Shown: positions 1 through 12,300, counted from the first letter of the stretch. The stretch is 64,000 bases of DNA from a candidate division FCPU426 bacterium (GCA_963796105.1 CAWCKJ010000006.1:160001-224000), one strand, 5' to 3'. Program-made: numbers and translations. The notes: generated from the sequence alone by a model not told the origin.

Positions 1-940
1 GGATTCCATGGGGATCCAGAATCAGGCCTACGTGGCTTAATTCTGGGACAAGGGTGATTTGGACATCACTTTTTTTCGAATTAAATTCCAAGGAGTATTT
101 ATCCGACTGAACGACTTCATCGGCTATTCCCGCCAGGACACTCATGGGGCGTTTCGCGCTTCGAATATCCCCCCGGTAATCATCGTGGGGCCTGAAGTTG
201 GACCAAAGGGCGAAGGAATACTGGGGAGTCATGAAATTCATATCCCTTTCCGCCAGGGCGAAGGCAAGTACGGGAAGATGGTTGAGGGCCTTAAACCCGA
301 AACGGTTCAAGAGAAGCAAGGCGATGAGGCGGGGAAGGCCGAGACCGACCCAGCCGTTGACGTTTTTACGGTAGGTGGCCGAATCCTGGTGGAGAAAAGG
401 GGAAAGTAAAACATAGCCGTCAAATAGGTCTTGCCGCGTGCTCCCGGCGAACCGCAAGGCGAATCCACCGCCTGATGAAAAACCCGCCAGAACTTTTGGC
501 TCCCGGAAGTTGGATGACTTCATGAAATCCTCCAGGTCATCCTCCAGCTGGCCAATATATGTAATGTTTCCTCTCGCGCTTGAGTCCCCGTGGCCCCTGA
601 CGTCCAGGGCATAGGCTTCCCACCCGGCCCCTGAAAGGCCCAAGGCCAGGGGGTGCATGCTATGGTTTCTGGTGGATGAACCGTGCAGGAGCACGACCGT
701 CCCGCGCGATTTACCATTTTGCGCGGGGTAATGACGGTAGGCAAGGGGGGTTTCGTCGCGGGCATGGAAATTCCGAACGGGAGGGATATTGGAAAAATTG
801 GCCTTCTGGAATGGTCCGAGGATGCTTTCCATCGGGGGCGGGGCTTTGGGTTTTCCGAGCCATAACATGATGCCAAGGGTTAATCCGATAAAGGAAAAAA
901 ATATTATTGCGGGGATCAAGATCACCTTCCTATAAGCCAA
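1..940 (-). CDS. Alpha/beta hydrolase (partial, runs off window start)
   Basis: Not in the ORF track (no stop in window). Manual translation gives an N-terminal hydrophobic anchor, VVLLHGSS, ALDVRGHGDS and a nucleophile elbow LAGFSSGGG. Start is uncertain (TTG 940 or GTG 925). Confidence 0.85.
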   Translation of the reverse strand, partial: MAYRKVILIPAIIFFSFIGLTLGIMLWLGKPKAPPPMESILGPFQKANFSNIPPVRNFHARDETPLAYRHYPAQNGKSRGTVVLLHGSSTRNHSMHPLALGLSGAGWEAYALDVRGHGDSSARGNITYIGQLEDDLEDFMKSSNFREPKVLAGFSSGGGFALRFAGSTRQDLFDGYVLLSPFLHQDSATYRKNVNGWVGLGLPRLIALLLLNRFGFKALNHLPVLAFALAERDMNFMTPQYSFALWSNFRPHDDYRGDIRSAKRPMSVLAGIADEVVQSDKYSLEFNSKKSDVQITLVPELSHVGLILDPHGI

Positions 941-981
941 TCCGAATTATTCAGTCTGTTCAACGGAAAAATCACCTGGGC

Positions 982-3045
982 TCAATGCATCCAGAGCACA
1001 CGAGAGAGTTTCTTCTCGTCGGGGGTAGCCAGGTAAATGATGTAAACCCCGCTCGCGCAGGTGTCGCCGTACTTGTTTTTCCCATCCCAGGGATAGGATT
1101 GGGGTTCGCCTGAGGGTGGGAAGTAACCGTCAGACAGGGTTTTGATATGTTCCCCGGCCGAATTATAAATCCTCAATGAATAATTGCCCCCGTTGGGACG
1201 GCAGAAGGTGATGGTCACGGGGGATTGGCCCGTTTGAAAAATATTCTTATCGACATTAAAGCAATCGGTGATAGGAGTGCTGGTCGGGGTCGGGGTAATC
1301 GTGAAGGTTAAGGTGTTGGTCAGGGTTGAAGTGGCCGTGGGGGTAAGGGTATTGGTCAAGGTAGGGGTAGGAGTGACGGTGGGAGTGGAAGTAGGCGTAA
1401 AAGTGATGGTCGGTGTGCAAGTGAGGCCGGGGAAACCGCAGGGGGTGTCGGTGATGGTGGGTGTATAAGTGTTGGTTGGGGTAAACGTCTGGGTGGGAGT
1501 GGGGGTAATCGTAGGAGAATTCGTCGGGGTAGGCGTGGGTGTCTGGGTCGGTGTGAGAGTCGCTGTCGGAGTGGAAGTGAAGGTTCTTGTTACGGTAGGG
1601 GTTGGAGTGGGCAGGTTGGAAACAAGCTGGAGACCTCCCGGGTAGCTATAAGCATCATAGCCGTTTACAGTCATGGCATTGTCAAAGACGCCGAAACCGT
1701 AACAGACTACCCCGAACTTGGTCACGCCATCCCCAATCAACTGGTGGGGTCCGGCTGAAACCGGAACAACGGCTTTGTAAAAGCCGTTTGTAATGGGTGC
1801 GAAATTCGAGGCGGGTATGAGGCTTCCGTCCAGGTATAAGGAACCAACTAACGCTGAAGGGGCAATAATGTTCTCATAGGCGGTGAAAGTGGCTGGCGGG
1901 GAAACAACGGTTTCGGGTCCAGTCGCGGCTACAAGATAACCGGTGTCATAATCGGATGTGGGTGGAATGGACATCATACTGGGGTCAGGATTTTGATTTG
2001 AATTTTGATTTGGGTAAGTGTCATAGGTATCACTGTTAGCAAATTGCATCACGTAAATTGCATTGTTGGAAATAATTTGGGAGGCCACGCTGACTTCCTG
2101 CTGGTAAACCTGGCCTTGGTTTAAGATAGGCAGTGCCGTTCCATTTAGAAGGACACTGGTATTGTTTGCTGAGGCTGTGATTTTAATCAGGTCCCCATTG
2201 GATCGAGTGGCTAAAGGCGCTGTATAGAAAGTCACCCCCCAATCGGAAAGAGGCCAAAGCATTTCGACGAGGCTGTTGGCGGCTGAGACGCTATGGTCAG
2301 GAATGTAGGCCGCCACATTGCCGGAGAACACAGCAACGGGGTTTTGCGATTGGATCATAGTCCCGCTTAGATCGGACCCTAAAACCGTAACGGCCAGTTG
2401 GTAGGTATCCCCCTGGTTTAAAGTAATGACATAGGGAACCCCGGCAGTCCTTGAGCCCGCGGTCACTGATGGGGTAATGGTTACGGAAGTGGAATCGACG
2501 GCACCCACGATCGTGAAAACCGCGTAACCGTTATCAGTGGGATCGAGGTCATCCACTTGGAAATCCGAAACCATATAGCTGACTCCGAGGGTATCCGTGG
2601 GCAGGGCCAGGTATCCGTCGGTGGCGGCTTGAATGTAATTCAATCCGAAAACCGCGACATTGTTGGAAGCTATTAAATGAATACCCTGTTGGGAAATACC
2701 GTCCAATTGGGTGACACTCGCGGGGGATATTGTTACACCTGCGATAACAGTGGTAGGAAGAGTAACCACAGTCATGCCCCCTGCCGCTACCGAAAAAGGT
2801 ATGGAAATACCAAGACCCGGAACTTGGACAGTTCCTGTGGCCGCGTTCAAACTTGTGATCAACAATTGTTCGGCGGTGGCATCGGTCGTATCGTTATAAC
2901 TGTCCGGGAAGGCCAGCCAGAAATCCGTTCCCTGACTGCCGGTCTTGACAGCCCAACAAGGTCTTCCGGAAAAGGCCACTAATATAAAAAGAAATAAAAT
3001 AGATAGGGGTCGGTTTTGGATTATCGGCATTGGTAAAGCCCTCAC
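982..3045 (-). CDS. Secreted IgGFc-binding-domain protein with PT linker and FlgD-like C-terminal domain
   Basis: GTDFWLAF, DGYLALPTDTLG, PVAVFSG and YSYPGG motifs; T/P linker; C-terminal IYNSAGEHIKTL...WDGKN...SGVYI. Start probably GTG 3045 (GAGGA directly upstream) or ATG 3030 rather than 3330. Confidence 0.75.
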   Translation of the reverse strand: MRALPMPIIQNRPLSILFLFILVAFSGRPCWAVKTGSQGTDFWLAFPDSYNDTTDATAEQLLITSLNAATGTVQVPGLGISIPFSVAAGGMTVVTLPTTVIAGVTISPASVTQLDGISQQGIHLIASNNVAVFGLNYIQAATDGYLALPTDTLGVSYMVSDFQVDDLDPTDNGYAVFTIVGAVDSTSVTITPSVTAGSRTAGVPYVITLNQGDTYQLAVTVLGSDLSGTMIQSQNPVAVFSGNVAAYIPDHSVSAANSLVEMLWPLSDWGVTFYTAPLATRSNGDLIKITASANNTSVLLNGTALPILNQGQVYQQEVSVASQIISNNAIYVMQFANSDTYDTYPNQNSNQNPDPSMMSIPPTSDYDTGYLVAATGPETVVSPPATFTAYENIIAPSALVGSLYLDGSLIPASNFAPITNGFYKAVVPVSAGPHQLIGDGVTKFGVVCYGFGVFDNAMTVNGYDAYSYPGGLQLVSNLPTPTPTVTRTFTSTPTATLTPTQTPTPTPTNSPTITPTPTQTFTPTNTYTPTITDTPCGFPGLTCTPTITFTPTSTPTVTPTPTLTNTLTPTATSTLTNTLTFTITPTPTSTPITDCFNVDKNIFQTGQSPVTITFCRPNGGNYSLRIYNSAGEHIKTLSDGYFPPSGEPQSYPWDGKNKYGDTCASGVYIIYLATPDEKKLSRVLWMH

Positions 3046-3352
3046 TCCTCGCCCAAACAATTGATGGATATATGAAAATATCTCACAAATCAGGGAAAAA
3101 ATCCCATAAACGACCTGCGTTAAATAGAGTGAAATCATTATAAAAGCAATATTGTATTGAAAATGCGGGAAATTGGGCGGGAGAAGAAGGCCATTCGGCC
3201 CGCCGGTGGCCAAACTCGTCACTTCCCGCCGTAACAGGAAAGCCGGTTCAAATTGATTCGGGCATTTGATTGCGTTCATAACCTGGGCAGTGACTGATAA
3301 AATAATTTTGTTATTCGAAAAGTTATCCAAAGTGGTTTAACTCCGGGAGGAC

Positions 3353-3934
3353 ATGATGCCGCAACTAGAAAAAATTTTATCCAAGGGCGAGGAAAAAACC
3401 CTTTTAAGACTGGCCCGCCATGTACTGGAGAAATTCGTGGGTGATGGAGTGAACCGTTTTCCGGACAAAGACCTGGGTGAATTCGACCTGACGGAAAGCA
3501 TTAAAAGACCCTCAGGTGTGTTCGTGACCCTCAACGAGGGGGAGCGGCTCAGGGGATGCATCGGAAGCATCCAAGCCCGTGAACCTCTCTACCGGGGCGT
3601 CATCGAGAATGCCATGAACTCCGCCGCCCGCGATCTCCGGTTCGGAAAAGTCCGGAAGGAGGAACTTCCGGACATCGAAATCGAGATCTCGGTCATGTCC
3701 CCCCTGGTGAAAGTCCAATCCCTCGAGGACATCGTGGTAGGCAGGGACGGGCTTGTCCTTCGGGCTGGTTGGAACTCCGGGGTTTTCCTTCCCCAGGTGC
3801 CGGTTGAGTGGAAGTGGGAAAAAAAGGAATATCTAGAACAGCTTGGACAAAAGGCTGGATTGGATTCCGAGGCATACCAACGCAAGGACGCGGAATTGTG
3901 GAAATTCACGGCCCAGGTGTTTTCTGAAAAGTAA
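3353..3934 (+). CDS. amrA: AmmeMemoRadiSam system protein A (AMMECR1 family)
   Basis: GVFVTL..LRGCIG, IEISVMSP, GVFLPQV, KAGL motifs; GGAGG RBS. Confidence 0.9.
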   Translation: MMPQLEKILSKGEEKTLLRLARHVLEKFVGDGVNRFPDKDLGEFDLTESIKRPSGVFVTLNEGERLRGCIGSIQAREPLYRGVIENAMNSAARDLRFGKVRKEELPDIEIEISVMSPLVKVQSLEDIVVGRDGLVLRAGWNSGVFLPQVPVEWKWEKKEYLEQLGQKAGLDSEAYQRKDAELWKFTAQVFSEK

Positions 3935-3999
3935 AACTTGTTTAGGCGAAAGTTCTTCGGCCCTTCAAAATCAATGTTTGGAATTTGCGGGAAATCAGG

Positions 4000-6900
4000 C
4001 TAATTGAGGATGAGAAGCTTACCGACCCAGTGGTTTTGCCCGGATTGCACATAGATATAGTAGATGCCGTTGGCCAAGGGTTTGCCCCACCTATCGGCAG
4101 GATCCACCGTTACAAACTGTCCCGAAGGAACATCCTTGTATTCCTGGTCCTGGACCTTGCGGAAAGCGGTCGTGAAAATTTGAACCCTGAAGTTTGCGGT
4201 GATCCGGATGGGCACGATAATTTGGATAGAACCCGGTCCTCTGTGGGGATTGGGATAGATCACCAGGGTTTGAGGCGCCGTTGGGGTTGGTGTAGGGGTT
4301 CGGGTCGAGAGGCCAGTCGGTGTCAAGCTGGGCGTGTTAGTCGGGGTTTGAGTAGAAGTGTTAGAAAGGGTCGTTGTCGCCGTGAAAGTGGAGGTTGGTG
4401 TGTTCGTGTAAGTTCTGGTGGAGGTCAAGGTGGGTGTGTTGGTGGATGTAAAAGTCCAAGTCCAGGTGGAGGTGTAGGTGGGCGAGGGAGTTGAGGTGTT
4501 TAAAGGGGTGGGGGTGTCAGTTGGAGTGCTGGTGAGTGTCAGGGTCGAGGTATGGGTAAAGGTCAGAGTCGGCGTATTCGTCGGGGATTGGGTTCCGGTG
4601 GGTGTGTCAGTCGGGGTGGGAGTGAGCGTTGGAGAATTCGTGGAGGTCGGTGTCAGGGTAAAAGTATGAGTGGGTGTCGGCGTGAATGTGGCGGTGTTGG
4701 TGGAGGTCCAGGTCAATGTGGGAGTATCGGTTGGGGTAAGAGTCGGTGTGCGTGTAGGTGATGGAGTGGCTGTCGCGGTGCTTGTGGGAGTCGAGGAAAA
4801 GGTGCTGGTGGATGTATTCGTTTGGGTCATGGTGGGAGTGTTGGTTGAAGTCGGGGTAAAAGTTCGTGTGGGTGTGGCGGTTGAGGTCGATGTTGAAGTG
4901 GAAGTATTGGTGAGAGTCGCCGTCAAAGTTGACGTTGGAGAACTGGTCGGGGTGTGAGTCGATGTATAAGTCAGGGTGATAGTGGGGGTGTTTGTGGGGG
5001 ATTGAGTTCCGGTGGAAGTAGAAGTCGGGGTTGGGGTGATAGTTGGGGTATTCGTGGCGGTCGAAGTCGGGGTATTGGTGCGAGTGGATGTCGGGGTGGA
5101 TGAGGATGTATTGGTCAAGGTAGCGGTGGAGGTCATGGTGGATGTGTTGGTTGAAGTTGGAGTCGGCGTGCGGGTGGATGTGGCGGTTGGGGTCGCCGTG
5201 AAAGAAGGGGTTGAAGTGCTGGTGGAAGTCATGGTTGAAGTCCATGTAGGGGTGCTGGTCGGAGTGGGAGTCGAGGTCCGAGTGGGGGTATAGGTAGTGG
5301 TGGGGGTGGATGAATAAGTCGGGGTGGAGGTTGTTGTTGGGGAATTAGTCGAGGTGGGTGTCGAAGTTCGAGTCAGGGTATTAGTTAGTGTATTCGTCGG
5401 GGATAGGGTGCCGGTGGGTGTGGCGGTCGGGGTCGGGGTGATGGTTGGGGTGCTCGTGGCCGTGGGTGTCGGCGTATTCGTTCTGGTGGGGGTCGGGGAG
5501 AAAGATGCGGTGTTGGTTGAAGTTGAGGTCAAGGTGGGCGTGTTGGTGAGGGTAGGAGTGGAAGTCCGGGTAGATGTACTCGTTCCAGTCGCGGAGGCCG
5601 TGAATGTCATAGTGCTCGTGGAAGTGGAAGAAGGAGTTGACGTGTAGGAGGGGGTGGGGGAGGAGGTCCGGGTAGGGGTTGACGTTGTTGTGGCAGTGGG
5701 GGTCGAGGTGACGGTATTTGTGGAAGTTACTGTTGGGGTAGGAGTATTGGTCCTGGTTGCGGTGGGTGTGAATGTCGAGCTGTTGGTGGAAGTCGCAGTT
5801 GAAGTATTGGTTGTTGTTGGCGTCGATGTCCTGGTGAACGTAGCGGTTGCAGTAGCCGTTGAGGTTGCGGTACTGGTAAAGGTGAAAGTCGGCGTAGGGG
5901 TATTGGTCCTTGTCGCGGTGGAGGTGGGGGTTGCGGTATTGGTTGAAGTGGCAGTTAAAGTCGATGTGAGAGTATTGGTAAGAGTGGGTGTTGATGTCCG
6001 AGTCATGGTATTGGATGAAGTCGGGGTGGCAGTTGTTGTGGAGGTGTTGGTTTGAGTCGCGGCCGGGGTTGGGGTGGCCGTATTGGTCCTTGTCGCGGTG
6101 GAAGTGGGGGTTGCGGTATTGGTGGAAGTTGATGTCATTGTCGCGGTGGGGGTACTGGTAAGAGTGGGGGTGGATGTCCGGGTCAGAGTATTTGTGGGGG
6201 TTAAAGTGGCGGTTGGGGTGAAGGTGTTGCTTTGAGTCGCGGTCGGGGTTGGGGTGGCCGTATTGGTCCTAGTCGGGGTGGGAGTGGAAGTGGCGGTAAT
6301 GGTAGAGGTGTTGGTCGCGGAGCTCGTAGGAGTGGGGGTATTGGTTCGGGTGCTGGTGGAAGTGGGCGTGCTGGTCCTGGTGGGTGTTGAAGAGAAAGTT
6401 GCGGTATTGGTGAGGGTCGCGGTTGTTGTGGGTGTGGGGGTCTGCGTCAGCGTATTAGTCGATGTCGCCGTGGTTGTTGGGGTAGGGGTCGCGGTCGGGG
6501 TGGAGGTGGCTGTGTTTGTACGTGTGGCAGTTGAGGTCGAAGAGTTTGTGGCTGTTTGAGTCGGGGTTCTGCTTGGAGTGCTGGTCATGGTAGGGGTGGC
6601 GGTATTGGTGAAAGTGGGGGTGGATGTTCTTGAGGCGGTATTTGTGGGGGAGCTAGTGGAAGTACGGGTCGGCGTGCTTGTAAAGGAATACGTGTATGTG
6701 TAAGTAGGAGTGTAAGTAAAGGTATAAGTATGGGTCGGAGTATAGGTCGGTGTATAGGTTTGGGTGTAGGTGTGTGTAAAAGTCGATGTAATCGCCGGGG
6801 TATAAGTATGGGTGAATGTCGGAGTGGAGCCTCCCCCTGTGCATCCGGAATTGACCGAGGCCGAGAAAGCGCTGGTGGTGAATGGAACCCCGCCCGTTCT

Positions 6901-7653
6901 TAACTCGATACCCGCCTCGATCGCGGCCAGGTACCAGGTGGATTGGATATAACCTCGGGATACGGAATCATTGATGAAACCCATGAGGTTTTCATTGCTG
7001 AATGAGGTTGTCGTGGGGTTGGCCAGGTAAGCGATGTAGTTCCAGCCGACATTTCCCTCCCAAAGGGTCCAACTCGCCCCGTTGACCGTGACAGTCCCAA
7101 CCTGGGTTCCTGCTGGTAAAGTGCCTGAGCCGGTATAATCCATCCAAATCATCAATTCCGCGCCGCCGTTGTATCCGCCGCTCGTGTTGGTGCCGGTGCT
7201 GAACCAGATATCGTAACCGGCGTCCCAGCTGTCACTACCGCTCTCAATGGTGGGCGTAAAACTGAAACTACTCGTGACGCAGGTGAGGCTGCTGACAAGC
7301 ATCGGAAGGTTGGTGCCGGGACTGCAGGAACCATAATGACAGCCGTAGTAGATATCAGGCCAAGAGGCGACTGTGCTCTGGCACGCGTTGGGACCTTCGG
7401 TGACGCTGAAATTTCCGGTTGAGTTGTCTATGTTCATGCACTGGGTGCCGCCGCAAGTGCCCTGGTTCCAAAAGTCGGTTTGCACAATATAGGATCCGAC
7501 CGTGACGCTTTGGTATTGGGTGCAGGTGTTGACATTAGCGCTTAACGCGGGTCTGGTTGAGGTATGCAGGACTGCGACCATGAATGCGGTCGTAAGGATG
7601 TAGCGGATGATGGGAAAATGCCTCAAAGAAATTTCACTTTCTTTAATCGACAA
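4000..7653 (-). CDS. GH12-like endoglucanase/xyloglucanase with ~860-aa T/P/S linker and C-terminal sorting-like domain
   Basis: [33 protein letters not shown] (two GH12 catalytic Glu); IYPNP...LANGIYY...KLLILN tail; TTG start. Confidence 0.88.
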   Translation of the reverse strand: MSIKESEISLRHFPIIRYILTTAFMVAVLHTSTRPALSANVNTCTQYQSVTVGSYIVQTDFWNQGTCGGTQCMNIDNSTGNFSVTEGPNACQSTVASWPDIYYGCHYGSCSPGTNLPMLVSSLTCVTSSFSFTPTIESGSDSWDAGYDIWFSTGTNTSGGYNGGAELMIWMDYTGSGTLPAGTQVGTVTVNGASWTLWEGNVGWNYIAYLANPTTTSFSNENLMGFINDSVSRGYIQSTWYLAAIEAGIELRTGGVPFTTSAFSASVNSGCTGGGSTPTFTHTYTPAITSTFTHTYTQTYTPTYTPTHTYTFTYTPTYTYTYSFTSTPTRTSTSSPTNTASRTSTPTFTNTATPTMTSTPSRTPTQTATNSSTSTATRTNTATSTPTATPTPTTTATSTNTLTQTPTPTTTATLTNTATFSSTPTRTSTPTSTSTRTNTPTPTSSATNTSTITATSTPTPTRTNTATPTPTATQSNTFTPTATLTPTNTLTRTSTPTLTSTPTATMTSTSTNTATPTSTATRTNTATPTPAATQTNTSTTTATPTSSNTMTRTSTPTLTNTLTSTLTATSTNTATPTSTATRTNTPTPTFTFTSTATSTATATATFTRTSTPTTTNTSTATSTNSSTFTPTATRTNTPTPTVTSTNTVTSTPTATTTSTPTRTSSPTPSYTSTPSSTSTSTMTFTASATGTSTSTRTSTPTLTNTPTLTSTSTNTASFSPTPTRTNTPTPTATSTPTITPTPTATPTGTLSPTNTLTNTLTRTSTPTSTNSPTTTSTPTYSSTPTTTYTPTRTSTPTPTSTPTWTSTMTSTSTSTPSFTATPTATSTRTPTPTSTNTSTMTSTATLTNTSSSTPTSTRTNTPTSTATNTPTITPTPTSTSTGTQSPTNTPTITLTYTSTHTPTSSPTSTLTATLTNTSTSTSTSTATPTRTFTPTSTNTPTMTQTNTSTSTFSSTPTSTATATPSPTRTPTLTPTDTPTLTWTSTNTATFTPTPTHTFTLTPTSTNSPTLTPTPTDTPTGTQSPTNTPTLTFTHTSTLTLTSTPTDTPTPLNTSTPSPTYTSTWTWTFTSTNTPTLTSTRTYTNTPTSTFTATTTLSNTSTQTPTNTPSLTPTGLSTRTPTPTPTAPQTLVIYPNPHRGPGSIQIIVPIRITANFRVQIFTTAFRKVQDQEYKDVPSGQFVTVDPADRWGKPLANGIYYIYVQSGQNHWVGKLLILN

Positions 7654-7741
7654 AAAACGATTTTATTTTTGCCTGTTTCACAGGCGAATGTTTATTCATC
7701 CACAGGCTTCCAAGCGCCTGTAAATGAACTATATGAAAATT

Positions 7742-9153
7742 CACTCTTGTCCTAAATAAAGGCCTAAAAAAAGACGCCTCCGATTGAAGTAGAATTGGGT
7801 TTGATGACAGCCCAAAGCAACGGTTACCAGCCGTCGCTACTTCAAACATACGGAGGCGCTTTTTTATGGTACCACCAACCAGTCTATTTGCCCAAGTGTT
7901 GAAACTCGTAGACCGAACCGCTTTTGAGCGAATCGTGCGAGAGATTGAAGCCGAAAAGCACTCCAAGGGATTCAGTTGCTGGGATCAGTTTGTTTCCATG
8001 CTTTTCTGCCAGATGGGAGCAGCCCATTCCTTGAGGGAAATCTGTGGCGGCCTCAGTACGGCCCTTGGGAAATTGACCCACTTGGGTCTTTGCAAAGCTC
8101 CCACTAAATCCACCTTGGCCTATGCCAACACCAAGCGTTCTTGGCGGGTTCAACAAAAGCTTTTTTACCATTTATTATCGAAGTGCCAGTTGTTGGCGGC
8201 CACCTCAAAAAGAAAATTCAGGTTTAAAAATCCTCTTTATAGCCTGGATTCCAGCACCATCGACCTTTGTTTGTCAGTGTTCGACTGGGCGAAATTCCGT
8301 AGAACCAAAGGGGCCATCAAACTCCATCTTCTGCTGGACCATCAGGGGTACTTGCCCTGCTGGGGACTCGTAACGGAGGGAGGCACGCATGACGTGAAGG
8401 TGGCCCAAAAGCTCGATTTTCCAGTGGATTCAATCGTGGTGATGGATCGGGGGTATGTGGATTTCTTTCTTCTGGCCCGATGGACATTCCAAGGCGTGTG
8501 GTGGGTGACCCGGGCCAAGATCAACATGGCCTACGAGGTGGTGAAAAGCCTGACGGTTCCGAAAACGGGCAACGTCCTGAAGGACCAGGTGATACGGTTG
8601 ACGACGTTTCGGTCACATGAAGCCTACCCTAAAGAGATGCGACGGGTGGTGGTATGGGACGAAGACCAGAAGCGGGAGTTGGTGTTCCTGACCAACCACA
8701 TGGGTTTTGCCGCCTCGACGGTGGGTGCCATTTACAAGGAACGTTGGCAGATCGAGTTGTTTTTCAAGGCTCTCAAGCAGAACCTCCGGGTAAAAACTTT
8801 TGTGGGTACCACTGAGAATGCCGTTCAGACGCAGATTTGGACAGCATTGATTGCCATGCTACTGTTGAAGTTCCTTCAATTGAAGAGCCGGATCGCCTGG
8901 AGTTTATCCCACTTGGCTGCCATGCTACGGATGAACCTGTTGACCTATCGTGATTTGTGGGCCTGGTTGGATGCACCGTTCCTAGTGGCGAGACTGGAAC
9001 CCTTGGAAAAGCAGATGGAATTAATACATTCTTAATTTGGACAGCATCAGGACGAAAGAGGGGGGCTTATCCCAGAAAATTCACGAGCCTGTCCTAAATC
9101 GCTTGTTTTCCTGGGAGGTTCAAAGACAAATAGGTTTATCTAGGACAGCAGTG
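7742..9153 (+). mobile_element. Complete IS4-family insertion sequence
   Basis: Terminal IRs CACTCTTGTCCTAAATAAA / CACTGCTGTCCTAGATAAA (rc); 9-bp target duplication ATGAAAATT at 7733-7741 and 9154-9162. Confidence 0.93.
7866..9035 (+). CDS. IS4-family DDE transposase
   Basis: LDSSTI, VMDRGY, YKERWQIELFFKALKQ motifs; DUF4372-like N-terminus. Confidence 0.95.
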   Translation: MVPPTSLFAQVLKLVDRTAFERIVREIEAEKHSKGFSCWDQFVSMLFCQMGAAHSLREICGGLSTALGKLTHLGLCKAPTKSTLAYANTKRSWRVQQKLFYHLLSKCQLLAATSKRKFRFKNPLYSLDSSTIDLCLSVFDWAKFRRTKGAIKLHLLLDHQGYLPCWGLVTEGGTHDVKVAQKLDFPVDSIVVMDRGYVDFFLLARWTFQGVWWVTRAKINMAYEVVKSLTVPKTGNVLKDQVIRLTTFRSHEAYPKEMRRVVVWDEDQKRELVFLTNHMGFAASTVGAIYKERWQIELFFKALKQNLRVKTFVGTTENAVQTQIWTALIAMLLLKFLQLKSRIAWSLSHLAAMLRMNLLTYRDLWAWLDAPFLVARLEPLEKQMELIHS

Positions 9154-9159
9154 ATGAAA

Positions 9160-9252
9160 ATTATATCATTTAATTAAGAAGTGTTAGGTTTAACGCCGGG
9201 AAATTGTGTTTCTTTATTACGAATTGAAACCGGTTTCTTGGAAACGCTCTCA
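9160..9252 (-). promoter_or_regulatory. Extended -10 promoter plus LacI-type operators of the first GH12 gene
   Basis: TGATATAAT (rc of 9160-9168); near-palindromes TGAAACCGGTTTCT 9225-9238 and TGGAAACGCTCTCA 9239-9252. Confidence 0.55.
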
Positions 9253-9386
9253 TTATCGAAATGAAGCCGTGTTTGGAAGGAAAACCAGTCGAACCAATCT
9301 GGAGTAAATGTTTTAGCGCATGAAAGTAATTCGTGAGAATTTAACTGGGCAGGGAATTTGGTTCCCGAGAATTGAGAGGGGATGGA

Positions 9387-12300
9387 TTAATTCAGGATAA
9401 GAAGTTTGACGGCCCAGCGGCACGGCCCAGCTTGGACGTAAAGATAATAAATGCCGTTGGCCAAGGGCTTTCCTGATTTGTCAGCGGGATCCACGGGAAC
9501 AAATTGCCCTGGGGAAACGTCCTTGAATTCCTTGTCCTGGACTTTGCGGAAAGCCGCCGTGAAAATCTGAATCCTGAGGTTGGAGATTGTTAGGATTGGC
9601 GCAATGACTTGGATGGGATCTGGTCCGCTATGGGGATTGGGATAAATCCTCAAACTAGTAGGCGCCGATGGAGTGGAAGTCGGGGTGATGGATGGGATGC
9701 TGGTGGAAGTGGAAGCAGGAGTAAAGGTAGTGGAAGGGGTATTCGTGCTCGTATAGCTTGGGGTGGTAGTCGGCGAGGGTGTCTTGGTCGCGGTCAAAGT
9801 GGATGTCGTAGTCAGAGTGAAGGTTGGTGTGTTTGTTGGAGTATATGAATTCGTCGGTGTCGGAGTGGGCGTATTGGATGGGGAAAAAGTGACCGTTGGG
9901 GTTTGAGTGGAAGTAAGTGTCGAAGTCGGCATTGGCGAAGCCGTAGGCGTAGCGGTGAAGGACACCGTGGGTGTCATTGAAACCGTAGGGGTATCCGTGG
10001 GGGACAGGGTTCCAGTGGGCGTGTCTGTCGAAGTTGGAGTGATCGTCAAAGTATTTGAATTTGTCGGAGTCGTGGTCAGGGAGGGAGTATTGGTAGGTGT
10101 CGGGGTTGAAGTATAGGAAGGAGTAGTCGTCGCCGTGAAAGTGGAGGTTGGTGTGTTCGTGTAAGTTCTGGTGGAGGTCAAGGTGGGTGTGTTGGTAGAT
10201 GTAAAAGTCCAAGTCCAGGTGGAGGTGTAGGTGGGCGAGGGAGTTGAAGTGTTTAAAGGGGTGGGAGTGTCAGTTGGAGTGCTGGTGAGTGTCAGGGTCG
10301 AGGTATGGGTAAAGGTCAGAGTCGGCGTATTCGTCGGGGATTGGGTTCCGGTGGGTGTGTCAGTCGGGGTGGGAGTGAGCGTTGGAGAATTCGTGGAGGT
10401 CGGTGTCAGGGTAAAAGTATGAGTGGGTGTCGGCGTGAATGTGGCGGTGTTGGTGGAGGTCCAGGTCAATGTGGGAGTATCGGTTGGGGTAAGAGTCGGT
10501 GTGCGTGTAGGTGATGGAGTGGCTGTCGCGGTGCTTGTGGGAGTCGAGGAAAAGGTGCTGGTGGATGTATTCGTTTGGGTCATGGTGGGAGTGTTGGTTG
10601 AAGTCGGGGTAAAAGTTCGTGTGGGTGTGGCGGTTGAGGTCGATGTTGAAGTGGAAGTATTGGTGAGAGTCGCCGTCAAAGTTGACGTTGGAGAACTGGT
10701 CGGGGTGTGAGTCGATGTATAAGTCAGGGTGATAGTGGGGGTGTTTGTGGGGGATTGAGTTCCGGTGGAAGTAGAAGTCGGGGTTGGGGTGATAGTTGGG
10801 GTATTCGTGGCGGTCGAAGTCGGGGTATTGGTATGAGTGGGTGTCGGGGTGGATGTGGAAGTATTGGTAAAGGAGGCGGTGGAGGTCGGGGTGGGAGTGT
10901 CAGTTGGAGTGGGAGTCGATGTCCGGGTGGATGTGGCGGTTGGGGTCGCCGTGAAAGAAGGGGTTGAAGTGCTGGTGGAAGTCGTGGTTGAAGTCCATGT
11001 AGGGGTGCTGGTCGGAGTGGGAGTCGAGGTCCGAGTGGGGGTATAGGTAGTGGTGGGGGTGGATGAATAAGTCGGGGTGGAGGTTGTTGTTGGGGAATTA
11101 GTCGAGGTGGGTGTCGAAGTTCGAGTCAGGGTATTAGTTAGTGTATTCGTCGGGGATAGGGTGCCGGTGGGTGTGGCGGTCGGGGTCGGGGTGATGGTTG
11201 GGGTGCTCGTGGCCGTGGGTGTCGGCGTATTCGTTCTGGTGGGGGTCGGGGAGAAAGATGCGGTGTTGGTTGAAGTTGAGGTCAAGGTGGGCGTGTTGGT
11301 GAGGGTAGAAGTGTAAGTCCGGGTGGAAGTACTGGTTCCAGTCGCGGAGGCCGTGAATGTCAAAGTGCTCGTGGAAGTGGAAGAAGGAGTTGACGTGTAG
11401 GAGGGGGTGGGGGAGGAGGTCCGGGTAGGGGTTGACGTTGTTGTGGCAGTGGGGGTCGAGGTGACGGTATTTGTGGAAGTTACTGTTGGGGTAGGAGTAT
11501 TGGTCCTGGTTGCGGTGGGTGTGAATGTCGAGCTGTTGGTGGAAGTCGCAGTTGAAGTATTGGTTGTTGTTGGCGTCGATGTCCTGGTGAACGTAGCGGT
11601 TGCAGTAGCCGTTGAGGTTGCGGTACTGGTAAAGGTGAAAGTCGGCGTAGGGGTATTGGTCCTTGTCGCGGTGGAGGTGGGGGTTGCGGTATTGGTTGAA
11701 GTAGCAGTTAAAGTCGATGTGAGAGTATTGGTAAGAGTGGGTGTTGATGTCCGAGTCATGGTATTGGATGAAGTCGGGGTGGAAGTTGTTGTGGAGGTGT
11801 TGGTTTGAGTCGCGGTCGGGGTTGGGGTGGCCGTATTGGTCCTTGTCGCGGTGGAAGTGGGGGTTGCGGTATTGGTGGAAGTTGATGTCATTGTCGCGGT
11901 GGGGGTACTGGTAAGAGTGGGGGTGGATGTCCGGGTCAGAGTATTTGTGGGGGTTAAAGTGGCGGTTGGGGTGAAGGTGTTGCTTTGAGTTGCGGTCGGG
12001 GTTGGGGTGGCCGTATTGGTCCTAGTCGGGGTGGGAGTGGAAGTGGCGGTAATGGTAGAGGTGTTGGTCGCGGAGCTCGTAGGAGTGGGGGTATTGGTTC
12101 GGGTGCTGGTGGAAGTGGGCGTGCTGGTCCTAGTGGGTGTTGAGGAGAAAGTTGCGGTATTGGTGAGGGTCGTGGTTGTTGTGGGTGTGGGGGTCCGCGT
12201 CAGCGTATTAGTCGATGTCGCCGTGGTTGTTGGGGTAGGAGTCGCGGTCGGGGTTGGGGTGGCTGTGTATGTGCGAGTGGAAGTCGAGGTCGAAGTATTG

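Noticed and set aside
4374..12253. Diversity-generating retroelement TR/VR pair
   Set aside because: There is no reverse transcriptase, the differences are not adenine-specific, and both copies are coding.
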